DNA of 64,000 nt, taken from the NCBI GenBank assembly GCA_010909165.1, contig MU008163.1, positions 186,001 to 250,000 of the forward strand. Direction: 5' to 3'. This DNA is from Anthoceros angustus. Taxonomy: Eukaryota; Plantae; Anthocerotophyta. Both the position numbers and the translations under genes were made by a program. Within the stretch, counting starts at the first letter, position 1; each line of letters opens with the position of its first letter. This document shows, in pieces, positions 25,006 through 35,935 of the stretch. The notes beneath the pieces are model-generated. The model was given only the letters and a program-made list of their open reading frames with translations. It was not told the origin of the DNA and made no database searches.

Positions 25006-25845
25006 TCAGCTGTGGTTTTGCACCTTCCTCTGATGTACACACCGTGTGGCAGGTCCCCGCATAGATGACGGGGTACGATGCTGCGTCCAGGTTGCGCTTC
25101 CCTCTTCCACTCGAGCTCGTTCGGGCAACTTGAGCTCAGATATGTAAAGCTTGAGATGCACCAGGTCCCAGAACACCGCTGCCATTATTGGACTTGCAAG
25201 ACTCCCAAGATACGTCTGCCAAGGCCTGGACGTCGTTGTAGGAGTGCGCCAGTCCCAAGGCGCCGAGATCTGCACTTCGTGTTTCTGGTTCCCAACATGC
25301 CATCGCAGTCTGTGATATTTCTCCCTGGCATCCGCGACGTCTTGGTCATCAGCCTCTTCCTGGTGATCAGCCCCTTCGTGGCCCTCAGCGCTGCAGCCCT
25401 CATTACTAATTCGCACTCTCTTGGAATTCCACGCATTCGTCACCTGCTTCCGCGTCGCGTTCGCCTCCAAATTTCGCACCAGCATCCGCGTCTGGTTCGC
25501 CTCGAAATGTCTCACCGCCCTTTGCAAATCCTCCATTGTGGGCGGGGCTGGCGAACCTCTCTCTCTCTTGAGCTTCATGATAGCGTCCACTACGTCCTCC
25601 ACCGTAAAGAAATATGACTTCTGGAAATCATCGACTTTGACGAATCGCCAAGGTAACTGAGGAGTAGTACTACTGGTGTCTGTGCTGTCCTCCTGTGTGC
25701 TAGCATGTGAGGATGCGTCAAGAAAATAGCCCTTTCGGATGAAGAAATCCAACCAGTCATCCACCCATCGCTTGAGGATGCTGACTTCGGGAACAACCTG
25801 GCGAGCAGGTCTGCGAGCAACGTTCACTTGGCCGCTAGCCATCAA
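25006..25845 (-). CDS. Hypothetical protein / exon of unknown function (probably decayed)
   Basis: 279-codon open frame with protein-like composition (WVDDWLDFFIRKGYF, PWRFVKVDDF); candidate acceptor CTGCAG near 25860 is followed by an in-frame TAA. Confidence 0.4.
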   Translation of the reverse strand: MMASGQVNVARRPARQVVPEVSILKRWVDDWLDFFIRKGYFLDASSHASTQEDSTDTSSTTPQLPWRFVKVDDFQKSYFFTVEDVVDAIMKLKRERGSPAPPTMEDLQRAVRHFEANQTRMLVRNLEANATRKQVTNAWNSKRVRISNEGCSAEGHEGADHQEEADDQDVADAREKYHRLRWHVGNQKHEVQISAPWDWRTPTTTSRPWQTYLGSLASPIMAAVFWDLVHLKLYISELKLPERARVEEGSATWTQHRTPSSMRGPATRCVHQRKVQNHS

Positions 25846-26041
25846 ACTTTAGACAACCTGCAGAATACTGGCAAGAGTCCGAAGTTGCACAATCCAAGCC
25901 TCGAGATCCTGGAAGAGTGGCCTAGGGCTACGGGCTCACAGCCCTGCTGCTGGCCCGTGGCCTAAGGTTGCGAAATCCTGCGCATGCTAGGGGCAACAGA
26001 TTATGGGGAAGAGAACAGACTATGGATCGCTGGCAACTATA

Positions 26042-26884
26042 AGAGCAACAAGAAGAGAACAGACTACGGATTACTGGAAACTACATGAGCAAGCATGTCG
26101 TGCGACGTGTACATTTTGAATTTTTGTCAAGCTTCTCAACTTGGGACGAACGGCAAAAGATGTCCAGCCTGCGTTCTTGAAAGCAAAACGAATTGAGAGG
26201 GCAGCCCTGCAGCCATCGCAAAACGCGCCTTGTGAGGACACATCCTGTCCTATACAAAGTAATCGTCGCACCTTTTGGCTCGTCAAAGAGAACCGCAGTG
26301 CCTGTAGGTCCATCCCAGACCTGGAGAGGAAGAAGAACCTGGATGAGCTGGCGGTAGCCTTGGCCCCCTCCACTTTCTATTACTCTAAGGCCTAACACAT
26401 TCTTTGGGTCTTATGAAAGGCGGCAAGCTCTCTACCATCGGAGGAAACGAGCCACAACGTACATAGCAACTGACTTTCCTCAAAAGTACCCCGCTCTGGC
26501 TGGTGCACTGTACAGCAGTGGTGCACAGCCAGCTGCAAATGCCAAAAGAGCTGGATGAGCCAGAAGGAAGGGCTGTGCACACCAAAGAGAGGCTGCCGAG
26601 TAGGGGCTTGTTTGGTAAGAGGCTTCACACGCATCCGATCCATTAACTGTGCTTCTCAGGGCTGTGACAGAAAGAAAGCAAGAGAGAAAGACGCTGCACG
26701 CTTAAAAATTCTCTATGACGTCATTTCAGAAGAAGGCAAAACCATCCTATTGAGCTTGATGTTGAGTGACAGGGATGCGAAACCAAACATGGACTGCAAG
26801 AATCAGACATCGCTGCAGCACAAACCTGTGAGTAAACCTTCAATCCCCGGAGCTCTTCTCGATACTTCAGTACTGGCAATGTGA
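26042..26884 (+). pseudogene. Decayed Cys-rich orphan reading frame
   Basis: ORFs 26141-26395 and 26555-26884 share one frame interrupted by four TGA/TAA stops; two C-x4-C...C modules each followed by a helical segment. Confidence 0.4.
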
Positions 26885-27067
26885 GTTTTGCAATACCGGG
26901 TCTTCTTATGACCCAGTTACAAACGGACGTAGACACAGCTTGATAGTCCAGAGCAAATGTTCTGCAGACGCTGATAGCAGCAATTTGTATGCCCGTTATC
27001 CCTTGAGCTGCTTCCTTGGACGTGGAGACCAGGATAGCTTGGGACGAAACACTAACCCTAATATATT

Positions 27068-27116
27068 ATCCCATATCGTTTGAGGAACAGACCGTGATGC
27101 CTGTGTGATATTTAAA
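27068..27116 (+). promoter_or_regulatory. Plant snRNA promoter: USE plus TATA, Pol II spacing
   Basis: ATCCCATATCG at 27068-27078 (consensus RTCCCACATCG) and TATTTAAA at 27109-27116, about -70 and -30 from the U2 start. Confidence 0.85.
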
Positions 27117-27138
27117 CGCTGACGTGCCATGGGAAGGC

Positions 27139-27337
27139 ATACCTTTCTCGGCCTTTTGGCTAAGATCAAGTGTAGTATCTGTTCTTATCAGTTTAATATC
27201 TGATACGTGGGTCATCGACCCACAATGATATTAATCTAATTTCTTTCCGGGGGAGGAGCCTGATGTGGTAGCTTGCTACCACGGTTCCTCGAGCGTCGCT
27301 TTGGTATTGCACTGCTTCCATTGCCTGGCGCACCCCA
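27139..27337 (+). ncRNA. U2: U2 spliceosomal snRNA
   Basis: ATACCTTTCTCGGCCTTTTGGCTAAGATCAAGTGTAGTATCTGTTCTTATCAGTTTAATATCTGATA 5' end with the GTAGTA branch-pairing motif; stem-loop IV ATTGCAC; ~199 nt. Confidence 0.97.
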
Positions 27338-27548
27338 CCCTCCCAAATCAAAATCAAGTCGGATGTCGAGCGGGAGGTCGTGGGCTCCCGGAGTGAGTCT
27401 ACACGGAGGACCTCAACCCTAAGTCCGTGTAGACCCTACGTGAGTTTAGAATTTGCTACCTGAAAGAGTACACAAATGTTTCGTTTCGGAGTGCTCACTT
27501 GTCAAGGCTCAAAGCAGGCAAGAAGAGGCAACCTTCTTGCCTGCAGGC

Positions 27549-27611
27549 TTTAATTTCTTTGGCTGGAGTATTGACACATTTAATTTCTTTGGCTGGAGTA
27601 TTGACACATTT
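27549..27611 (+). repeat. Two tandem copies of a 30-bp unit
   Basis: TTTAATTTCTTTGGCTGGAGTATTGACACA repeated. Confidence 0.8.
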
Positions 27612-28616
27612 ATCACAAAGTTTACTCCTGTTTAGCATGTCCTTGCAATTATATGAAGAAGTCCTTGCATCAGCCAAGGGGGGTGCCATTGCCAAGGTTG
27701 TTGGAGCTTGGAACCTCTGATCCGATTGTCCTGATTATAGCTAGCCACTTCACCATCACCACTTGAAAATAAAATACCTGGGCAAGCTTCTCGTCTTCTG
27801 TGCAGAATCACATTGTTCCTCATCAGACTAGAATTTTAAGCAAACCTGTCCTGTCCGAAATGACACATCCTGTCAGGGATTCCAGATATGGCGACATGAC
27901 AACAAGTGGAACACACAACAACACCCTCCTGGCCCTTGCTGTGGTGGTCACCGGTCATCAGAAGTTGCCCCCATCTGCTATTGTCAAGCTATGTCCAGCC
28001 TCGATCACCACCACCGGTCCTTTTATGCAACAAAGAAATGTCATGAGGTGAGCAAGATGACCCACAACTTGTAATCCTCGCCCATTCGTTCCTCCGTTGA
28101 GGCCGTAAAGCTGCTTCAAATCCGGAGGTTCCTACATCATGGAATGTGCTGCATCCACCTTTCCAATGAAATCCACATAGCTCTGGCGAAGGGGCATCGA
28201 AAAAATACATGCTCACTTTTGTGCTCTTTTGTCCTTCTCGTGCAGAGGGCAAAATGGGATCCTTGTTGCCTAATAACCCGCTCCACCCGGAGTTAGGCAT
28301 ACGGCTGATTTTCCAGATCAGAATCGGTTTCTCAATCACACCCTTGCTATGCAACAGGACGGGTCCATGTACGTTGGGATCACTTTTGTTCTCCTCAGTG
28401 TATGAGCCTTGGCAGGGGAGAAAACCAAGGCCAGGAATGGAAAGGAAAGGAAGAAGCGACGGGCCGGGGTCGGGGCCAGGCAGTGAACCGTGTGGGTCCC
28501 GTGTACGATAGTAAAGGAAAAGCGCAATTGTATTGAAGTCACGCTTAGGATCACAAGTGTTTGGGGACTTGCACTTTGTATCTGTGGTGAGAGGCGCTTC
28601 CTTCCAAAGAGCAAAA

Positions 28617-31600
28617 TGAGTGGCGAGGAAAAGAGAGTAATTTATTGGTGAACAAGATGAGCTTAAGCACAATCAAGCGCGTGTAGTTGCAATCGTCGAA
28701 CTGCTTTTGCTACTGTCTGCTACCATCAACTATCAGGAGCCCGATCTAATCAAACTCAACCGCGCCCTGCCGATCCATGAGCGCCCGCCACTGCTCCAAC
28801 ACTCCCTCGCCTCAAGATCCGCCTGTCTTCATCTTGAAACCACAGTCTGCCCAATGCGCGCACTGGTTGTGGAGCCTATTGTCCAAGACTCGAGCCGAGG
28901 AGAAATGCCGGAGTTGCACTCCCTCAATCAAATTGAGGAAGCTGACGCCTTCCTCCCAAGTAGGCGTCCTTATCAGGAGTCCGGCGTCGACAACGCATTT
29001 CGCAGGGCTTGGGAAGACCTTGGTGAGGAGGTCGGAGATGTTGTCGCCGTATTCATATTCCGCCAGAACTCGCTGCTTGCCACCACCGCCAATGAAGTGA
29101 TGTCAATTCCACGTGCTTTGTTCTCGCATGAAGGATCGGATTGTGAGTCATGGCAATCGCCGATTAATTGTCACATAGCGTTTGGTTGGTTCTCAATCGA
29201 TCCTCGCTGATGTCTCGCAGAATTGCCCGATCCACAATATTTTCGCTTTAGTGATGTGGCAAGATACCGCCTGCTTGTGGAGTGCCAAACCGGCGTCCGT
29301 ACTTTTGGCTTGTTTTGCTTTTTTTTCGGTCATATCGTAAGAGGATAGGAGAGTTAGCCAATAAGGCCATTTTTCGCCACATTGCACTTACAACAATCCC
29401 TGCACTGGTCCGTTGGAGGACGGTGGTCCGTGGCGGCAGGTCCGGACGAGTGTCCGCCCGGGCGAGGTCTGACGAGTGGTCTGGCCTCATGAGGTCCGGC
29501 GGAGGGTCCGCCTCGCGAGGTCCGGACGGAGTGGTCCATCCGCGAGGTCCGACGGAGTGGTCCATCCGGCGAGGTCCGGCGGAGTGGTCCGCTCCTGAGA
29601 GGTCCGGCGGAGTGGTCTGGGCCAAGTCCGACCGAGTGGTCTCGCCGGGTGGTTTAGTTTGCGGGCACTGCATGGATCTACTGCTTATGGGAAGCGGCTG
29701 GTGCAAGAAGTCCGGCGCAGTTGATGAGCTACATGCCATACTACGAGCATGGTTACATAGCAGGGTTAGGATACATACATAGGCGTTAGGTTAGGGGTAT
29801 GGGAGTATAGGAAGGCTCAAGGCCCAAGACAGACTATCCCGGCACCATCTACTCTTCAGTGCCTTGCCTTCGTGCTCGGGAGGAGCGGAGTGAGTTCCCG
29901 GCCACCGCAAGGTGATTAATTGGTGGTAGAGGATGTTAGAGCTGTGACGCAGCCCGCCAACACGCTGATGGGTGCACTGGACCGACCAGCCTGGAGGTGC
30001 TCGCGGTGAATTCCGTGACCAACCTTGAGGCTGAACGAGGATGGAGCGGTGTCGGTCACCTCCAGGCGTGAAGCGGTCGGAGGGATTAGGGGCGCTTAGG
30101 TGTCTCCGGCCGGCGAAGCCATCCTTGGAGGCTGAACTGTGGGGTTGCAGCCGCAGCTACTCCGCAGAACGCGTGAAGGCGGGGCAAGGGCCCGGTGTGA
30201 ATACATCGCGTGTTGGTTGTGGACTACCACCGGTGATGGACAAGCAAGAGAGGAGGGTCGCGTGAGGCGGTGGAGTTGGTGGCGACAGAGTTGAGGAGCA
30301 AGGAGTAGAGACCGACATGGAGGAATGCGCCGCTAAACCTGCTCCGGCACTGAGAAACCCGGCGGTTTGTGTGGAAGGTCCGGTGGTGCTCGTCCGACGA
30401 ATGTGAGGGGCACACCTTTTAGGGTTGTGGAGCCGACCCAACCTCGGCGAAGTCCGCTCGTGATACATGAGACCTCAGTGCATTAAGCACGGTGACCATT
30501 CCCCTCGTGGAACGAACTCCTTACTACAACGATACGGGATTGTGCGCCCGGCTGGCCGAAAGTCGCCATGTTGCTCGATGTGCAAATTGTTTGCATCTTC
30601 GCAGCCCGTGGATACGTACGATCGGTTGATCATCATGCAATATGTCACGTGGACTTCCTTGCACGGGATCTCCCGCCACCGAGTAAGATGTTAACTTGAG
30701 TTTGCTTGTGGGGTCGACTTTGTATGCGTAGTCCCGTAGACTTGGTCCCTTCAAGTAACGGGCACTCGCTTCACGCAGTCCCATGGGCTCGCCTGTGATT
30801 GGACAAGTATCTGGAGGCAATGTTCATTTTGAGCTATGTCGGGCCTTGTCCATATTGAAAGATACAACAGTGCGCCGATCGCGGAGATCTCATAAACCCA
30901 ACGTGTCCGAGGGAGAGTTAGAAATAAAGGCATCAAGGCGTTGGTTAAGGTCACTGCACTGCACTCCAATGTGGATTAGTCAAACTAGACTCAATCCTAG
31001 TTGGTAGTTAGTTAACCAGCAGACTAGTGAAAGGACACACCCCGTAACCATCCTTTATAAGCCCACCTATGAACCGGAAAGCGGACATCGGCGATCTTGC
31101 AATCGTGCAATACTGTGCCACTATGAGAGTGGGAGTGTGGAAAAGACTAGCCAAGGAGGGAGGTCGCTAGAAATGAGTCTCACATGACGACGTCATCAAA
31201 GATTCCAGCAGCCAACTTGATCCTTTCTCGTCTGCCTCACTCTTACAAGAACAGACACATGCCGCTGGTTCCTGGATTCCGGAGCCACAACTCACATCTG
31301 CAGCTGTAAGGACATGTTTACCTCATATCACAAAGATCCTACAAGACCAAGACGCTCTCCTTGAGATGATGCAGCACCGCCGAGGGAACTGGAGAGGTCC
31401 ACTACACAACTGAGAGACCTCACTATCAACGGCGTACTACACGTCCCTGCCATGACCAAGAACCCGCCTCATCCAAAACTCGCCATCAACACGATCTGGT
31501 CATTATCTTCCAAGGTAATCACCGCACTATCGCCACTCCAAAGACCCTCACCAAACATTTTACCACCCTTCAACGACCTTTATCTCCTCAATATTCACCC

Positions 31601-34600
31601 TCATCCGCCTTCCTCGTTGATAGCACCTCCTACTTCAAGAAATGAGTCGCTTTTGGCAATCGTAGAGCAGACACATGAACCCAAGATACCTCAACATGCT
31701 AGCAAACCCCAAGATGTACCACCTCAAGATTAGGGTCCCTAAAGACTTCTTCCGTGAAATTTGCCAATACACCAAATTACATCCACCCTTCAAAGACCCA
31801 TCACCTACCCGTGCCTCTGCCTCCTGAGACCGCTCACTTGGATATATGCGGCCCCATGAGCACCACCTCCCTCGGCCACCTTCTTAGATGAGTGAGTGAT
31901 ATTGCCACATCTATTTCCTACGACATAAGGACGAAGCCCTCACCTACTTCCAAGAGTTCATCCTCACAACCGAGCGCCAAACAGATTCCAGGTCACAACC
32001 TCGCAGACCGACAACGGGGGTGAGTATACAAGCAACGCCTTCCTGGCCTTCTGTAAATCCAAAGGTATTTCAAGACAACTTACTGTACCTTACACCCCTC
32101 TCATAATCCTTTTGCTGAACGCCTTAATCGCTCCTCACCGGAAATTGCCCTTGCTCAAGCTCTAAGGGCCACTCGGGCGTGTAAGCCGCCTCTACTTCTA
32201 ACTACTTGAAAAATAGACTCCCACAAAAGACTTGCCCAACACTACTCCTTTTGAGAGATGGAGTGAACAAGCCCAGAGTCTCTCATCTTCGATTTTTGGG
32301 AGCCCAGCCTTTGCCCACATAGCAGATGAAACTCGCAAGAAGTGGGACGACAAAGGCCGCAAGCTGCTCTTCATCGGATACTCCGATCAGGTCAAAGCCT
32401 ATAAACTCTTCGACCCAGCTTCCCGAGAGGTCATTTTTTCCCGCAGTGTCCATTTTAATGAATCCCACCTTCTTCACACATACCTCCATTCCTCTCTCAC
32501 ATCTAATCCTCTCCCTATGCCTAGCATCCAAGGTTATCCATCCCTTGGCCGAGTCCCTCTTGACCTTGAGGGGCCATGCACTATGACCACCGACAACCAA
32601 GTATCAGATTTTTTCCAAGTTCCAGATGCAACTCAGTAACAACCAGCACTGCTCCCCAACGACCTCCTCAACAACCAAGCAGCCCATTTCCCCTCGTGTA
32701 CTCTATCCAACCTCCACATCATCCTTCCCGAGGTAAACCCAAGACTCCCTAGAGGTACCTGCACAATTCATGAGGCACTGCTACATTGAGGCGCCCACAC
32801 GTCATCGCCACCGAGCCATGAGTGGAGACACCCACCTCATGTCCCACGAGAGTCTTTTGCTCGCCAAGCACCCCTCCTCAGGTACGCCAATGCTCAACCT
32901 CATGACTTTGAGCATGCCCTCCACTGTGCACTTTCAAGAATGGAGATGCAAGGCTTCCTCTAGATTTAAGCCTCAAGACCTGTAGTGGACAGCAATCATT
33001 CAAATCTGCACGACCTCCTCATATCCAACAAGACATGGAAGCTGACACCATCTACCGGAGGAAGCCGATCTCATGCAAGTGGAAATTCAGAAGAAAACTC
33101 AACCCTGATGGAAGTGTGGCACAGTTCAAGGCCCGACTAGTTGCCCGGGCTTCACCTGTGCCCGGTCATTATGAGGAGAATCTTTTTCACCCAAAGGTAA
33201 ATCGACCTCCATAAGAATTCTATTAGCATTCGCAGCACAGCTGTGGAAGTCCACATGTACACTAACCCTTCTCTGAACTGTCTGTTTGAATGAATGTTTT
33301 TTGTTTTTTCCGTGTTAATGTAAATCTAATGCTTAGAATCATCCAAGGGCCTTTTATAACGAAAATGGTGCTTGGCCCATGGCAATAATATTTTTAATAA
33401 TTGGTCCTTGGGCTTTGACCCTGGGTATGTAGGTCAGATAGAAAGTCCTCGACCTTGGCATTTTTAGAAATAAAAGTGTCTATATATGCTAAGAATACCC
33501 TACATTCGGCAATGTTTGGGCGGAAGTGAGGTGGCTAGCCACCACGGGTGGCGGAATGGAAAGCATGCACTGAGGAGTTAACAACAATAGTGGGCCAATC
33601 GAAGTTGGGCAAGTCAGCTGAAACCGGAAGAAGACCACACCTACTGGCCACGCGAATTTCAAGGAGAGGCGATCGGATGTGACAGTGGGCTGGGACGCCT
33701 TGCATTTGTCGCTAAGCAGGGCTCTCCTTGAGTAGCAATTGATGTCCGAGATTGGGGAGGCCTCCTTCATGGCATGTTAGCCTCGATCCTCTCGCAAAGG
33801 CACCCAAGAGAATAAACGCTAGAGTCCATGGCTAATCCCACTGTAATTAACACCACTAAGATAGATTTCCTAGATAGAAATCACTTCAACGGAAGCGACT
33901 TTGACATATGAACACGATCTAATTAATATTATTCTACCTTGCCGCACCAAATGGCTACCGAAGAATTGTAGAGCACGAAACGATATAATCCGATCTCAAC
34001 CATACAAGAGCATGCTCCAAAGATACCTGTGGAAAAAAAACCGCCACGATATCCTGAAAACCTTCAAAGGACATGTTCCAAGGCAGCAGAGCTCAACCAA
34101 TCGATCAACGCACAAGGCAATTCTACTCACCGAGGATGAAAGACATGAGAGCCGAGCAAGACATAAACGCTTTTCCGGTCCATCGCCAAGCCCGCCTCAA
34201 GCGGGACGAGCATTACAGAACTCCAAGTACTGCATTATCGACCTCTTTGTTCAGATTCATTGACTTTCACACCACAAAACTCGTCCGAGGTGCAAGCAAC
34301 CCAATCAACTATAGCAAGAAAAAAGCACGGCTTACACTCTTGTCAAGTCATTGGAGCACTCCTGGAGGAGGAGTCCAGCCGCGGCAACAACTCCCGGTCC
34401 AACACTGGACCCAACCAAGCACTTTTCACGTCCCGTGGACGAGGCGGGAGAAGAGGAGGTGGACGCGGTGGTTTCTCATCCAGGAGAAGCCCCAACTCTG
34501 CCTGGAAGAGGGTTTCCTTTTGCTGTGCAGGTAGCATGGGTAGCAGGAGCACGGGCTGGGCGCGCAAAGTTAGAGATGCATATGCGGAAGCGTCTTGCAT

Positions 34601-35267
34601 CAAGCAGATGCTTTATTAACAATGAATATGTTCTCAACTTGAGATTCTATGCTACTTGAGCGCACCGTCGAGGGCAATAGTCAGCTAGCTGTGGTTGTGT
34701 AGTCCTCTTCAAAGAATGCTTGGTGGAATCTAGGTGAGGTTGGTCCGTCTGGCCGTGTCAGCCCAATGTTGGGGCGTTTGAGGATGCGGTTCTCATAGGT
34801 ATTGCTGGGCTCATCGCATCTGAGACCTTCCAAGAACGATGCTCGAGCTATGCTGTCTCTGCACTTTCTGCAGATTGCTGATCTTAGAGGCCGCTTGCGC
34901 ATTGCTCGGCATGAAAGCCGCCGGCGGCGGCGAACGCGGGCATTCCTCAAGATCGTTGACTCTGCTACGGCCCGTCCAGCTCCATCCCACGAGATCGATG
35001 CGCACTACGCTGAGCGAGGCCGGCGTCAAGAACGGGAAGGCCTGCCGCTCGATACCATAAAGCTGAGCGGCGTGCAGGAAAAGAGTAATTTATTGGTGAA
35101 CAAGATGAGCTTAAGTACACAATCGCGTAGAAGCTGTAAATCGGCCTTAACTATTTTCTATTGCCTGCCTCCTACCATCAACTACCGGGGGTATGAGCCC
35201 GATCTAATCAAACTCTGAACCGTGCCCTAGCTGATTCGTGAGCACCCAGCGCCACTCTGCTCCAACA
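28617..35267 (-). mobile_element. Rearranged Ty1/Copia element, copy A
   Basis: LTRs ~28617-28801 and ~35058-35267, PBS (plus-strand GCTCGATACCA) at ~35047, PPT-like at ~28802, probable TSD CAAAA. RH/RT on minus (28800-30960), but INT-RT (31700-33260) and gag (33828-34500) on plus. Confidence 0.85.
29276..30568 (+). mobile_element. 1.3-kb solo LTR inserted in the Copia RNase H (copy B 38880-40225)
   Basis: Starts TGTGG after CTGCT; copy B is followed by CTGTT; the last ~90 bp are the reverse complement of 19394-19478; internal ~27-bp CCGGCGAGGTCCGGCGGAGTGGTCCAT repeats. Confidence 0.75.
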
Positions 35268-35717
35268 AAATGGGCGAGCCAGGAGTTGGTGCCGTTGTAA
35301 TAGGCTGGGTAATGAGCAAACTGCTGGAGAACGCCGGGCTCGCACTCAAAGAAGTATTGTGAGCAGTTGAATGTATATGTGCAGAGGATTAACCCCTGGT
35401 ATGAGCAGCACAAGGTTCTTCCTCCACATCTGCCCTCCCGCAAGGTAACCTGACAGAGCACTTCAATCCCGAGTGGGATATTCACAGTTTCCTGCAGTCT
35501 CTCCAGTATCACCATTTCCACATTCTAGTGGGCATGGTTGAGTGAGCAGGGAATGACGATATTCAGGTAGGCGAATGGCTCCAGGAAGTGAAGCTGGTCC
35601 CGAAAAGCAAAAGGGGAACGTAATGGAGAAAACGCCGCCTCGTGGTCTCGGGAAGAACTCAATGAGCAGACTCCCAATGTAACTAACTCATCTAGCAGGC
35701 CATTCGGGTGATGCAAT

Positions 35718-35935
35718 AGAATATAAATAATTACCGTAATATTTATTTATATTAGTAGTATTACTTTAAGGTAGCACATCATATACATATGTAATAATGA
35801 TAATAATTATATAGATCTAAAAATAATTATTTATATTATATATTAATAATTGATATCAATAGTAATAACAAATTGAATATTTATATTAAGTATATTATAT
35901 TATACATAAATAATCAATTTAAATATATGTTATAT
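35718..35935. other. Extremely AT-rich ~220-bp insert (copy at ~45325-45540)
   Basis: Abrupt near-pure A/T block within much more GC-rich flanks; no clear TIR or TSD seen. Confidence 0.55.

Noticed and set aside
26330-26620. Endonuclease III / HhH-GPD glycosylase resemblance (LDELAVALAPSTFYYSKA; a possible LPGVG)
   Set aside because: LPGVG needs an assumed 2-nt insertion, and no catalytic Asp (VDTH) or Fe-S Cys spacing is present; a repeated Cys module explains the frame better
11510-26900. Bacterial contamination or giant-virus insert as the source of the methyltransferase
   Set aside because: The gene has phase-matched spliceosomal introns and plant LTR insertions with TSDs; no viral core or bacterial operon genes were recognised
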